64,000 bases of DNA from Candidatus Krumholzibacteriota bacterium (lineage in GTDB: Bacteria; Krumholzibacteriota; Krumholzibacteriia; JAJRXK01), in NCBI GenBank assembly GCA_963727455.1, contig CAVSGG010000005.1, positions 1 to 64,000 on the forward strand, given 5' to 3'. Below, piece by piece: positions 1 through 9,671 of this stretch; the stretch's first letter is position 1, and each line of letters opens with the position of its first letter. The position numbers and the translations under genes are program-made. The notes beneath the pieces are model-generated. The model was not told where the DNA came from. It did not search any database and worked only from the letters and a program-made list of their open reading frames with translations.

Positions 1-44
1 CAACACTCCTGGCGCTGAATTCCACTTCGGCGCGAGTGCTCGCT

Positions 45-2711
45 TTACTTCAGCGTCACCATCCATACGTCACTCGTCTGATCGTAGCTCTCGATCACGA
101 CCACACTCCCATCGCGGGAGGCGGTCGCGCTATAGAAGCTGGGGTCGTTCTCCAGAAGAACGGTGGTTTTCTTGGTATCCGGGTCATAGAGCACGAGCTG
201 CCGGTGGCCGTCGTCGAAGAAGAGGATTCCCAAGCCGCCAGTCATCCAACTGAAATTCGCCTTGCCGCTCGGGGCGATGCGGAATCGGCTGCCATCCTCA
301 CGGCGCAGGATCTCGTACTGTCCCGTCGCTAAGGTGCACAGGCCCAGATAGAGGTCGTCGGCTTCGGGCTTGCCCACGATGGCGAGGATGCGCTCGCCGT
401 CGGGCGACCACTCCTGAGGCCAGGCCACCTCGCCGGGCCCGGGAGTCGGGACCTTTTTGAGAGTTTTGATCGGCCAGCTTTGGGGGTCTCCGGCGTCCAG
501 AAGCACCGGAAGGTCATTCCCGGCTCCGAACAACCAGCTCAGCACCTGTTTGCCATCCGGAGACCAGTGGGCTCCGTCCGTCTGGGCATTGGGAATCGCC
601 GAGAGCTGCCGCAACTGTGTGCCATCGGGATGGATCGACCACAGCTGGTAGCTCCCGCCACGATTCGAGTAGAAACTGATCCACTCGTCACCCGGAGACC
701 AATTGGCTCCTCGGTCGCGGGCGATGTCGTTGGTGAGCTGCCGCCGGGCGCTGCCGTCGAGGCGCACCGTATAGAGATCTTCCTGGGGCAAACTCGAGCT
801 GTAAGCGAGGAATTCGCCGTCGCGGGAGAGAGCCAGCTGCGACAAGGGGTTTGAAACGTGGAAGAAGTCCGTGCGGGGGGTGAGGCTTCGCCTGGCGGGA
901 TCGATGGAGCTGCGCTCGAGCCGGCCGTTGCCGGTGAACGAGGAGTAGGCGATGCGGTCGCCTCCTTTGGAAATCGAGAGCTTGCCGAGAAACGAGGTTC
1001 CCGTGGTCACCGCTCGCGGTTTGCCCTTGGGCTCTGCACTGCGGGGATCGACTTCGATTCGGAAGAGGTTGGGATAACCGTCGCGGTCGCTGATGAAGTA
1101 GATGCCCCCTCCCAAAGGGTCCCACACCGGGGACCAGTCGGTGGCCAGGTCATGGGTGACGAAGACCGGGGTCCCTCCCGAAGCTGCGATGGCCTGAATG
1201 TCGCGTTGCCCCTGCGCGGCGGCCCAGAAGGCGAGGTGTTTGCCGTCGGGTGACCAGCTGGCGTAGACCGCGTCACCGTCGTAGAGCTTCGTTTTCTTTC
1301 CGCTGGCAACTTCCACCACCCAGAGGGCGGAAATGCTGTTGCGTGCGTAGGGATTCGCGACGCGTTCCATGGTGTAGGCGATCTTGGAAGCGTCGGGGGA
1401 CCAGGCCGGGTCGAAACCGGAATCGGTGAGACGCCGTGGAGATTCTCCGGTGGCCCCCATCAAGAAGATGCCGCCCTCGTCCCGGCTCGAGCAGAAGGCG
1501 ATCTGTTCTCCGTCGGGCGACCAGGCCGGCGCGAAATCATCCGCGGGATTGCGGGTGAGATTGATGGGATTCGAACCGCCCACACGTTGCAGGAAGATCT
1601 CGCCGTCCTTCACGTAGAGGAGTTGCCGCCCGTCCGCTGAGAGCGCCGGCGCGGATTCGAGGCCCGGCAGATCGGTGAGTTGGGTGAGGGTGACACCACG
1701 ATCCGCACCGCTCTCAGTATCCGCGCCCTTCTCTGAGTGCGAAACGACGAGAAAGCCTGCCAGGACCAGTATCACCAGGAGCAGGCTTCCCGCAACCCAC
1801 TTCCAGCGGGAGCCGTGCGGGGTGGTCTGCGCCACCATGCTCGCTTCCAAAGTGAGTTCGCCCGAATCCAGCTCGCTCTTGAAATCTTCGAGCTCGTTGC
1901 GCACGTCCAGCGCGGTCTGGTAGCGCCGCGAGGGATCCTTGGCCAGACACCGTTTCAAAACACGGCTCAAGTGGCGCGGTAGGGCCGGATTCACCTCACT
2001 GGCCAAAGGAGGAGTGTCGCGCAGGATGGAGCTGAGCGTGGAGATGGTGGTCTCTCCGCTGAAGGGGCGCTTGCCGGTGGCCATCTCGTAGAGCACGACG
2101 CCCAAGGAGAAGATGTCCGAGCGCGCGTCCACCTCCTTGCCCTCCGCCTGCTCGGGCGACATGTAGGCGGCGGTGCCCAGAACCCTTCCCTCGCCGGTGA
2201 CCATTTTCGAGGCCACGACGGTGGCCCCGACATCGCTCGCCTCCTCGCGCAACTTCGCCAGGCCGAAGTCGAGGACCTTCACGCGCCCCTCGCGATTGAC
2301 CATGAGGTTGTCGGGCTTGAGGTCGCGGTGGAGAATCCCCTGCGCGTGGGCCGCAGCCAGAGCGTCGCTGAAGGGAATGGCGATTTCGAAAAATTGACGC
2401 AGCGTCATCCCGGCTGGGGTGATGAGGGAGCTCAGTGTCTTGCCCTCCACCAGCTCCATGGTGAGGAAGTGTTTCCCGGCGTCCTCCTCGATCGAATGCA
2501 CGGTGACGATGTTGGGGTGGTTGAGAGCCGCGATGGCACGCGCCTCGCGCTCGAAACGCGCGCGGCGCTCGGGGTCCGACGCTAGGCTCTCAGGCAGGAG
2601 CTTGAGCGCGATCTCGCGGCCCAATTTGGTGTCGCGGGCACGGTAGACTTCTCCCATGCCGCCGGCCCCGATGCGCTCTTCGATTTCATAATGGGACAGT
2701 TTTTCCTGCAT
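45..2711 (-). CDS. Hanks-type Ser/Thr protein kinase with TM helix and C-terminal TolB/PD40 beta-propeller
   Basis: GAGGMGEVY, ALK, HRDLKPDN, DFG and YMSPEQ motifs; hydrophobic helix (WVAGSLLLVILVLAGFLVV); repeated WSPDG units. Confidence 0.93.
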   Translation of the reverse strand: MQEKLSHYEIEERIGAGGMGEVYRARDTKLGREIALKLLPESLASDPERRARFEREARAIAALNHPNIVTVHSIEEDAGKHFLTMELVEGKTLSSLITPAGMTLRQFFEIAIPFSDALAAAHAQGILHRDLKPDNLMVNREGRVKVLDFGLAKLREEASDVGATVVASKMVTGEGRVLGTAAYMSPEQAEGKEVDARSDIFSLGVVLYEMATGKRPFSGETTISTLSSILRDTPPLASEVNPALPRHLSRVLKRCLAKDPSRRYQTALDVRNELEDFKSELDSGELTLEASMVAQTTPHGSRWKWVAGSLLLVILVLAGFLVVSHSEKGADTESGADRGVTLTQLTDLPGLESAPALSADGRQLLYVKDGEIFLQRVGGSNPINLTRNPADDFAPAWSPDGEQIAFCSSRDEGGIFLMGATGESPRRLTDSGFDPAWSPDASKIAYTMERVANPYARNSISALWVVEVASGKKTKLYDGDAVYASWSPDGKHLAFWAAAQGQRDIQAIAASGGTPVFVTHDLATDWSPVWDPLGGGIYFISDRDGYPNLFRIEVDPRSAEPKGKPRAVTTGTSFLGKLSISKGGDRIAYSSFTGNGRLERSSIDPARRSLTPRTDFFHVSNPLSQLALSRDGEFLAYSSSLPQEDLYTVRLDGSARRQLTNDIARDRGANWSPGDEWISFYSNRGGSYQLWSIHPDGTQLRQLSAIPNAQTDGAHWSPDGKQVLSWLFGAGNDLPVLLDAGDPQSWPIKTLKKVPTPGPGEVAWPQEWSPDGERILAIVGKPEADDLYLGLCTLATGQYEILRREDGSRFRIAPSGKANFSWMTGGLGILFFDDGHRQLVLYDPDTKKTTVLLENDPSFYSATASRDGSVVVIESYDQTSDVWMVTLK

Positions 2712-2717
2712 CGCAGG

Positions 2718-2723
2718 ACTCTA
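2718..2723 (-). promoter_or_regulatory. Putative -10 element (TAGAGT) 6 nt upstream of the kinase ATG; possible leaderless promoter
   Basis: Minus strand reads TAGAGT-cctgcg-ATG; no clear Shine-Dalgarno. Confidence 0.4.
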
Positions 2724-2902
2724 CGCGCAGAAAGGCGCGGGGACAAGAGCCTCTCAGCCCCGGGCGAGTGGGAGGGAAACACAGCGAGTATGCCCGGCTC
2801 TCCTGCTGCATCTCCTGGCTGCCCCGTGAGTTCCGCTATTGCTTTCCGGTGCGCTAAGCGCAAATCTCCGCTATAGTTGGGCCCAGAGAGGGCGATTTGC
2901 AG

Positions 2903-3652
2903 ATGGCCACGAGACTACAGACGAGCTCCAAGACCCCCGCGTCCATCGACCGGAGCAAGTTGCCCCGGCACGTGGCCGTGATCATGGACGGCAACGGCCG
3001 CTGGGCCCGCAAACGCGCCATGCCACGAATTGCGGGTCATCGGGCGGGACGGCACGCGGTGCGCGAGGTCACGCGCAGCTGCGCCGAGCTGGGAATCGAG
3101 GCCCTCACCCTCTACACCTTCTCGGTGGAGAACTGGAAGCGGCCCAGCTACGAGGTGAAGGCTCTGTGGTCCTTCCTGGAAGAAGTGCTGCGCAGCGAGT
3201 TCCTCGAACTCGCCGAGAACAACATTCGGCTCATTGCCACCGGCGACCTTCGGCCCATTCCCGAGCCGGCGCGGCGCGCGCTGGAGAGGGCCCAGCTCGA
3301 CCTGCGGGACAACTCGGGGATGATCCTCAACTTGGCGGTGAGTTACGGTTCGCGCAGCGAAATCGTGGAAGCGGCGCGCGGCTTCGCTCGCGACGTGGCG
3401 GAAGGGAAGTGCCGCCCCGAAGAGCTGGACGAGAAACTCTTCGGCCAGTATCTCTACGCGCCCGAATTGCCCGACCCCGATCTGTTGATTCGCACCAGCG
3501 GCGAGATGCGGCTGAGCAATTTTCTTTTATGGCAACTCGCCTACGCCGAGCTCTATGTGACCGATACCCTCTGGCCCGATTTCGGTCGTGATGAGCTAAT
3601 GGCGGCCATTGCAGCGTACCAGACTCGGGACCGGCGTTTTGGCGCAGTCTGA
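2903..3652 (+). CDS. uppS: Undecaprenyl diphosphate synthase (cis-isoprenyltransferase)
   Basis: HVAVIMDGNGRWA, FSVENWKRP, DLLIRTSGEMRLSNFLLWQ, RRFG; ATG at 2903 preferred over TTG at 2897. Confidence 0.97.
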   Translation: MATRLQTSSKTPASIDRSKLPRHVAVIMDGNGRWARKRAMPRIAGHRAGRHAVREVTRSCAELGIEALTLYTFSVENWKRPSYEVKALWSFLEEVLRSEFLELAENNIRLIATGDLRPIPEPARRALERAQLDLRDNSGMILNLAVSYGSRSEIVEAARGFARDVAEGKCRPEELDEKLFGQYLYAPELPDPDLLIRTSGEMRLSNFLLWQLAYAELYVTDTLWPDFGRDELMAAIAAYQTRDRRFGAV

Positions 3653-3659
3653 GGCACGC

Positions 3660-4505
3660 GTGAGTCCCGGAGCCAAGGACCGCTCCGAGCTTCCGCTCCG
3701 CGTCTTGGCCGCGGCCCTGTTTCTTCCCTGCGCTTTCTTCATCACCCTGCACGGAGATCTGCAATTCCTCTTCCTGGTGGATGTGGTGGTGTTCACCGGG
3801 CTGTGGGAATTCTATGGGCTCCTGGAGACAAAGGGCTTTCATCCCGCACGCAAGATCGGGGTCTTTTGCGGCCTGGCCCTGAGCTGGTACGCCTATTTCC
3901 GCGGCGGAGTGTACCTGAACTTCCTGCTCTCGGCGGCGCTCTTGGTTCTGATGACCGTCGCTCTTGCCCGTCGCAGTGTGGAGCAGGCGGTTCTCCACAT
4001 CTCTTCGACCATCTTCGGGGTTCTCTACGTGGGATGGCTCGGCAGCCACTTCGTGCTCTTGCGAGAGTTACCTCTTTTGGGAGGACTCGACTACCGCTTG
4101 GGCGCGAGCTTCGTGTTTCTCGCCGTCCTGCTGACTTGGTCCTGTGACAGCGGCGCTTACTTCGTGGGCCGGGCCATCGGGAGGCATCCGCTTCTGCCGC
4201 GGGTGAGCCCCAAGAAAACCTGGGAAGGAGCGGCCGGCGGAGTCCTGTTCAGCATGGTAGCCGGCGCGGTCGCGCACTTCACCTTCGCGTCGTATCTTGA
4301 TCTTCCTGCTGCCTTGAGCCTGGCGGTGGTGGCCGCGATCGCCGGTGTTACGGGAGACCTGGTCGAGTCGCTCATGAAGCGCGATTCCCACGTGAAGGAC
4401 TCCGCGGCTCTCATTCCTGGACACGGCGGTACCCTGGACCGCTTCGACAGTCTCTTGTTTTCGGTACCCCTGATCTACTACTTCCTGAAGTTCTTCGTGA
4501 TCTGA
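3660..4505 (+). CDS. cdsA: Phosphatidate cytidylyltransferase
   Basis: SPKKTWEG, GDLVESLMKR, KDS..IPGHGGTLDRFDS; polytopic membrane protein; GTG at 3660 follows the uppS stop. Confidence 0.96.
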   Translation: MSPGAKDRSELPLRVLAAALFLPCAFFITLHGDLQFLFLVDVVVFTGLWEFYGLLETKGFHPARKIGVFCGLALSWYAYFRGGVYLNFLLSAALLVLMTVALARRSVEQAVLHISSTIFGVLYVGWLGSHFVLLRELPLLGGLDYRLGASFVFLAVLLTWSCDSGAYFVGRAIGRHPLLPRVSPKKTWEGAAGGVLFSMVAGAVAHFTFASYLDLPAALSLAVVAAIAGVTGDLVESLMKRDSHVKDSAALIPGHGGTLDRFDSLLFSVPLIYYFLKFFVI

Positions 4506-4509
4506 CGCC

Positions 4510-5679
4510 ATGGCTATTCACCCTCGACCCCTCGTCCTTCTGGGTGCGACCGGTTCGATCGGTCAGAGCACCCTGGATCTCTTGCCGCGCTATCCTCAGC
4601 GCTTCGAGGTATTCGCGGCGTCGGCCAACACTCGGGGGAAGGAGCTGGCCGGGATCATCCGCGCCCACGGGGTGCAACGCTTCGCGCTGGTTGAGGAGAA
4701 GGCGCGCAAGGCCTTCGCGGAGGCCAACCCCGATCTGCGCGAAGGGCTGGCCGCGAGCGGCGGCGAGGGCATCCTTCAGCTTCTCGCAGAGGCCCCGGCT
4801 GACGCTCTCGTAGTGAATGGCCTGGTGGGGGCGGCGGGCCTTCAGCCCACCGTGGCGGCTCTCAGCCGCGGTCTGGACGTGGCTCTGGCCAACAAGGAAG
4901 CCCTCGTCGTGGGGGGAGAGCTCGTCCTGGAGGCGGCCCAGCGCGGGAAGGCGACCCTCTGGCCAGTGGACAGCGAGCATTCGGCCATCGCGCAGTGCCT
5001 GCGCGCGGCGGGTCCTTCCGAGTTGCGGCGGATCTGGCTCACCGCGTCGGGGGGGCCGTTTCGCGACACCCGACCCGAGGACCTGAAGAACGTGAGCCTG
5101 GAGCAGGTGCTGGATCATCCCAACTGGGACATGGGGCCGAAGATTACCGTGGACAGCGCCACCATGATGAATAAAGGCCTCGAAGTGATCGAGGCTAAAT
5201 TACTCTTCGGACTTGAGTTACGAGACGTCCAGGTCGTTCTGCACCGCCAGTCCATCGTCCACAGCATGATCGAGCTTCAGGACGGTGCCTTCTTGGCCCA
5301 GCTGGGGACCCCCGACATGCGGCTTCCCATTCTTTATGCCCTCAGCGGGGGGGAGCACTGGGCCACGAATTTCCCCTCTCTGGATCCACTGAGCATGGGG
5401 AGTCTGGATTTCGAGGCCCCGGATTTGCGTCGCTACCCCTGTCTGGGCTTGGCCCGCGCCGCGGCCGAGGCCGGGGGCAGCGCCCCTCTGGTCCTCAACG
5501 CCGCCAACGAGGAGGCAGTGGCAGGACTCTTGCGGGGGGAGCTATCCTTTGTGGAGATCGCCCCTCTCATCGAGCGGGCGCTGCAGAGCCTGAGCGGCCC
5601 CGCCGCGGGCTCGATACCCGAAGCTTTGGAAAGAGACGCCGCAACGCGCCGCATGGTGCGTTCCTGGATCACGTCCTGA
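4510..5679 (+). CDS. dxr: 1-deoxy-D-xylulose-5-phosphate reductoisomerase
   Basis: GATGSIG, LANKE, PVDSEHSA, TASGGPF, HPNWDMGPKITVDSATMMNKGLE. Confidence 0.97.
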   Translation: MAIHPRPLVLLGATGSIGQSTLDLLPRYPQRFEVFAASANTRGKELAGIIRAHGVQRFALVEEKARKAFAEANPDLREGLAASGGEGILQLLAEAPADALVVNGLVGAAGLQPTVAALSRGLDVALANKEALVVGGELVLEAAQRGKATLWPVDSEHSAIAQCLRAAGPSELRRIWLTASGGPFRDTRPEDLKNVSLEQVLDHPNWDMGPKITVDSATMMNKGLEVIEAKLLFGLELRDVQVVLHRQSIVHSMIELQDGAFLAQLGTPDMRLPILYALSGGEHWATNFPSLDPLSMGSLDFEAPDLRRYPCLGLARAAAEAGGSAPLVLNAANEEAVAGLLRGELSFVEIAPLIERALQSLSGPAAGSIPEALERDAATRRMVRSWITS

Positions 5680-5730
5680 CGGCTCGGCCTCATGCGGCCC
5701 GGCCGGGAAGGTACAGCACACGGTGGTGGC

Positions 5731-7095
5731 ATGAATCTCGAGCAGATCCTGGCTTTTGTCTTCGTTCTCGGAGTGGTCGTCGTGATCCACGAGGGCGGGC
5801 ACTTCCTCGTGGCCAAGTCGGTCGGGGTCTACGTGAAGACCTTCTCCGTGGGCTTTGGTCCCAAGCTCCTGCGCAGACGCTGGCGAGGAACCGAGTACGC
5901 CCTGTCCGCGGTTCCCTTCGGCGGCTACGTCAAGATGGCCGGCGAGGGCGCCATGGAGGAAATCCAGGACGCCGGGACGGGCGGTGAGGTCGACAGTGAA
6001 GGCGAGGTCATTCCGCCCGAGCAGTACTTCTCCAGCAAGTCGCCCTGGCAGCGTTTGGCGATCGTGGTCGCTGGGCCTCTGGCAAACCTGGTACTCGCCC
6101 TGCTGGTAACGGTAGGCCTGGTCTGGGTCGAAGGAGTTCCGGTGATCCCGATCACCGAGGTGGGAAAGGTGGTCGAAGATGGCCCCGCGGCGAAGGCTGG
6201 TCTGCAGAAGGGCGACGAGATCCTGAGCGTGGCGGGCCATAAGGTCACGACCTGGGACGGAGTGCTGGACGAAATCGTGCAGGAAACTCAGGCGGACCGC
6301 CTTCCTCTGAAACTCAGCTACGAACGTCAGGGCGAGACCAAGACTGCCGAACTCGTGCCAGTCAAGGACGAGGCGAGCGGACGCTGGCGCATCGGAATGG
6401 ACTACCGCCACGATACGCGCGTGGGCACGGTGAAGAAGGATGGAGCAGCGTGGCGCGCGGGTCTACGTCGCGGAGACGTGATCGTGAGCATCAACGGCAA
6501 AGCGATGAAGGACTACGATCAGATTGCCAAGAAAGTGAACGAGAGCATCGGTGTGCCCTTGGAGATCGCCTGGACTCGCGACGGAAAGCCCTTCCACGCG
6601 ACGGTGGTTCCTGAGGCGGCCGAGGTTCCCGTCGATTTCAAGAACGTCGAGACCGTGGGACGCATCTACTACGAACCCTACCGCGAGCGACGCGCGGTGA
6701 GTTTCGTGGAGGCTTCCAAACTGGGAGCCGCGGCCACCTGGAGAACCGTGGATCAGACCGCCACTTTCCTGGGGGTTCTTGTGAGCGGTGGCGCCTCGCG
6801 GGACGCGGTGAGCGGACCGGTACGCATCGCGCAGTTCGCAGGCCAAATGGTGGAGTGGGGCTTCGACTATCTCCTGGGATTTCTAGCCCTCTTCAGCGTC
6901 AACCTCTTTCTCTTGAACCTGCTGCCGATCCCGGTTTTGGACGGTGGTCATGCAGCCTTTATCACCTACGAGCTGATCACACGCCGGCGTGCCGACGAGC
7001 GCATTCAGGCCGTGGCGACCCAGGTGGGTTTCGTTCTTCTCCTCTTGCTCATGGCATACGTCATCACCATGGACGTCATCAAAGTGGCCAGCTGA
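5731..7095 (+). CDS. rseP: RIP metalloprotease RseP (M50, two PDZ domains)
   Basis: HEGGH, FSVGFGP, GGYVKM, AGPLAN, NLLPIPVLDGGH; canonical position after dxr. Confidence 0.96.
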   Translation: MNLEQILAFVFVLGVVVVIHEGGHFLVAKSVGVYVKTFSVGFGPKLLRRRWRGTEYALSAVPFGGYVKMAGEGAMEEIQDAGTGGEVDSEGEVIPPEQYFSSKSPWQRLAIVVAGPLANLVLALLVTVGLVWVEGVPVIPITEVGKVVEDGPAAKAGLQKGDEILSVAGHKVTTWDGVLDEIVQETQADRLPLKLSYERQGETKTAELVPVKDEASGRWRIGMDYRHDTRVGTVKKDGAAWRAGLRRGDVIVSINGKAMKDYDQIAKKVNESIGVPLEIAWTRDGKPFHATVVPEAAEVPVDFKNVETVGRIYYEPYRERRAVSFVEASKLGAAATWRTVDQTATFLGVLVSGGASRDAVSGPVRIAQFAGQMVEWGFDYLLGFLALFSVNLFLLNLLPIPVLDGGHAAFITYELITRRRADERIQAVATQVGFVLLLLLMAYVITMDVIKVAS

Positions 7096-7116
7096 GAGAC
7101 GGTCGAAGCCCCTCTT

Positions 7117-7509
7117 TCAGGGTTTCGGCTTGGCCGCCTTGGGAGTGGGCGTCGTGGGGGGGCGCTCCTCGGTCGAGCTGCGCAGCGACTTCAACGGGGC
7201 ACGAAGGCTATCCTGCAGGGCCTCGAAGAGAAATTGACCCCGACTCGGTTCCTTCCAGATCTCGTGAATCCGCCGGCTGAGGCCGGTGGTGTCGCTATGG
7301 GCCAGAAAGCTATCGAGTCGGGCCTGGGCACTATCGGGGTATTGTTCGGCAAGGATGCGAATCTCGGAGAGTTGGAGCAACTGCCCGAGCAGGGGCCGGT
7401 CCGCCGGGTCCAATTCCTTCTGCCGCTTCTCGGAGCATGCCGAGAGACCCAAGATGAGGGCCCACGCCACGAGGGCGAATCGAAACTGGTATGACGGCGT
7501 AACTTTCAT
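7117..7509 (-). CDS. Hypothetical lipoprotein
   Basis: SD GAGGA before ATG 7509; signal peptide with lipobox LSAC; fills the gap between rseP and the Omp85 gene. Confidence 0.7.
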   Translation of the reverse strand: MKVTPSYQFRFALVAWALILGLSACSEKRQKELDPADRPLLGQLLQLSEIRILAEQYPDSAQARLDSFLAHSDTTGLSRRIHEIWKEPSRGQFLFEALQDSLRAPLKSLRSSTEERPPTTPTPKAAKPKP

Positions 7510-7609
7510 GGTTGTCCTCATCTGCAGTTGGAACCTATAACAGCGGAAAGACTTTGGCTAGAAGCTAGCCGCATCACGGACCCCGGGTCCTCAGGAGCAG
7601 TAGAAGGTC

Positions 7610-9667
7610 TTGGCCGCCTTGTGTCGAAATTCCTTTTGCACGGTCGTTTGCGCGCTCATCACCGCTCTCATGCTGCTGGGTTTGGGGGCCGGTATCGCCA
7701 GAGCGGACGACGAACTCGACTACGGACTCGAGCAGAGGCTCGTAGCTTCGATCACGATCGAGGGCAACGAGAGCTTCGAGGAAGGGCGTCTCAAGGATTT
7801 GCTGCCCTTCGGCGAACCGCACTGGTACATGTTCCTGAGCTCGCCGCACTATACGGAGGATCTCCTCCTGCTCGGGGTGGACGCCATCCGCAACTTCTAT
7901 CGTTCGCAAGGTTTCCATTCCGCGACCGTGGAAGGGAACGCGAAAGAGCGCGATTCCCGTCATGGCGACAAGATCGTGATCAGCATCGTGGAAGGTCCAC
8001 GCACGCTCATTTCGAGCATCCGCTTCACCGGAAATTCTCCCCTGGACGAAGAGAAGCTGCGCGCGCGCTTGATACACTCGGAAGGCAGCCCTGCGCCTTA
8101 CTTAAAATCTGCCTACGGCCGTGATGTCTATGCGCTGCGCTCGGCGCACCTGGCCCGGGGCTTCCTCGGCGCCAAGATCCGCTTCGACATGGACGAAAAC
8201 GATGACAAGGTTGCGCTCACCTTCCACATCGATACCGGCCCCCCTTACCACATCGAGCGCATCGACGTTGTCGGGAACAAGGACGTCAAAGGAGAGCTGA
8301 TTCGCCGCGAGTTCCGCTTTGCCCCGGGGGACATCTTCGATCTGGAAAAGATCGTTCGCACCGAATCGGACTTGCTGGAAACCGGTTGGTTTCGGGACGT
8401 CGGCTTCACTCCGGTCGACCTGGATACTCTGGCCTCCACCTGTGCTCTGAAGCTCCATGTGGTGGAGAGGAGTAGCGGCTACTACGAGGTCGGTGTCGGT
8501 GCCGGCGACAACGATCAAGCGAGGCTCACCGCCGCCTGGGGTGACCGGAACGTATTCCGCAGCGGCAAGGGTCTCAACGCGAAGGTCCGTTTGTTGTGGG
8601 GGCTGGAGGACATCCTCGACATCGACCGACGCATCGTTTTCGACCATCGGGAAGAACTCAACTACGTGCACCGAAGGCTCTTCGGGAGTCGCTACACCAT
8701 GACTCTCAGCGGCTTCTTCGATCGGGAGAGCCGCGGTTCCTCCGGTGTGGCGGTAGAGAAACTCGGTCTGCTGGGAAGCACGACGCTTTGGCGCTACCGA
8801 GCGCGGAGTCTCGAGCTGGAACTCTCGCACGAACGCGTACGCAAGGTTCTGCTCTCGCAGGTGAAGGACTTGAGCGCCTCGGATGGGATTCCCTCGCAAA
8901 TTCAGACCGGGAATTCCACCACGAACTCGCTTCTTCTGCTGTGGACTCGGGACACCCGCAACAGTCTGTTCGAGCCGACGGACGGGAGCCTTCGGCAGGT
9001 TCTGTGGCAGACGGCCGGAGGTCCCGTATTCGGCGGTAGCAATTCCTTCCACAAGGCGGTCGGCACCTGGTCCGGGTTCTTCGGACACGAGGATGGAAGC
9101 GTTCTCGCGGTGCGCATGCAGGCGGGCTGGGCCACTCCATGGGACAAGAGCGCGGGGAAAGGGGTGCTCGGAGTCCCCCTGGAAAATCGCTTTTTCGCAG
9201 GCGGCCAGCGTAGCGTGCGCGGCTACCGAGAAAACAGTCTGGGTCCCAGGCTCACCCAGCAGGACCAAGAGCTGGTCCTGGATGATCGCTTTCTCCTGAA
9301 TCACCCGGCGGCGGGGGGCGACGCGCTGCTGGTTCTCAACGCCGAGCTGAGATTGCCTCTCCCCCTGCTCTCCCGCTGGGGTTTCGGCTTGATTCTCTTT
9401 GCCGACGGAGGGAACGTCTGGGAGGACTGGTCGAAGGTGAAGTGGAAGGACTTTCGCCTGAGCTCAGATCCCGAAGGGAACAATCCCACGACCATTTACG
9501 ACTTTCGAACCGGCGTGGGATTCGGTTTCTTGTACCACACGCCGGTTGGTCCGCTCCGTCTCGAATACGGTCTGCCGCAAAAGCGCGTCAAACTAGTCGG
9601 CGAGGACGGCTCCACCGAAATCGACCCGCAGCACATTTGGCACTTCAGTCTGGGATTCGCGTTCTAA
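7610..9667 (+). CDS. Omp85-family outer membrane protein, TamA-like (about 3 POTRA domains plus barrel)
   Basis: POTRA-like starts (ITIEGN, IRFTGN, IDVVGN); FFAGGQRSVRGY; TPVGPLRLEYG; C-terminal FSLGFAF; adjacent to tamB-like gene; start uncertain. Confidence 0.88.
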   Translation: MAALCRNSFCTVVCALITALMLLGLGAGIARADDELDYGLEQRLVASITIEGNESFEEGRLKDLLPFGEPHWYMFLSSPHYTEDLLLLGVDAIRNFYRSQGFHSATVEGNAKERDSRHGDKIVISIVEGPRTLISSIRFTGNSPLDEEKLRARLIHSEGSPAPYLKSAYGRDVYALRSAHLARGFLGAKIRFDMDENDDKVALTFHIDTGPPYHIERIDVVGNKDVKGELIRREFRFAPGDIFDLEKIVRTESDLLETGWFRDVGFTPVDLDTLASTCALKLHVVERSSGYYEVGVGAGDNDQARLTAAWGDRNVFRSGKGLNAKVRLLWGLEDILDIDRRIVFDHREELNYVHRRLFGSRYTMTLSGFFDRESRGSSGVAVEKLGLLGSTTLWRYRARSLELELSHERVRKVLLSQVKDLSASDGIPSQIQTGNSTTNSLLLLWTRDTRNSLFEPTDGSLRQVLWQTAGGPVFGGSNSFHKAVGTWSGFFGHEDGSVLAVRMQAGWATPWDKSAGKGVLGVPLENRFFAGGQRSVRGYRENSLGPRLTQQDQELVLDDRFLLNHPAAGGDALLVLNAELRLPLPLLSRWGFGLILFADGGNVWEDWSKVKWKDFRLSSDPEGNNPTTIYDFRTGVGFGFLYHTPVGPLRLEYGLPQKRVKLVGEDGSTEIDPQHIWHFSLGFAF

Positions 9668-9671
9668 GACC

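Noticed and set aside
1-47. Plus-strand NTPGAEFHFGASARF resembling a TonB-receptor C-terminus
   Set aside because: No stop after the Phe and the frame runs into the kinase gene; too short to support
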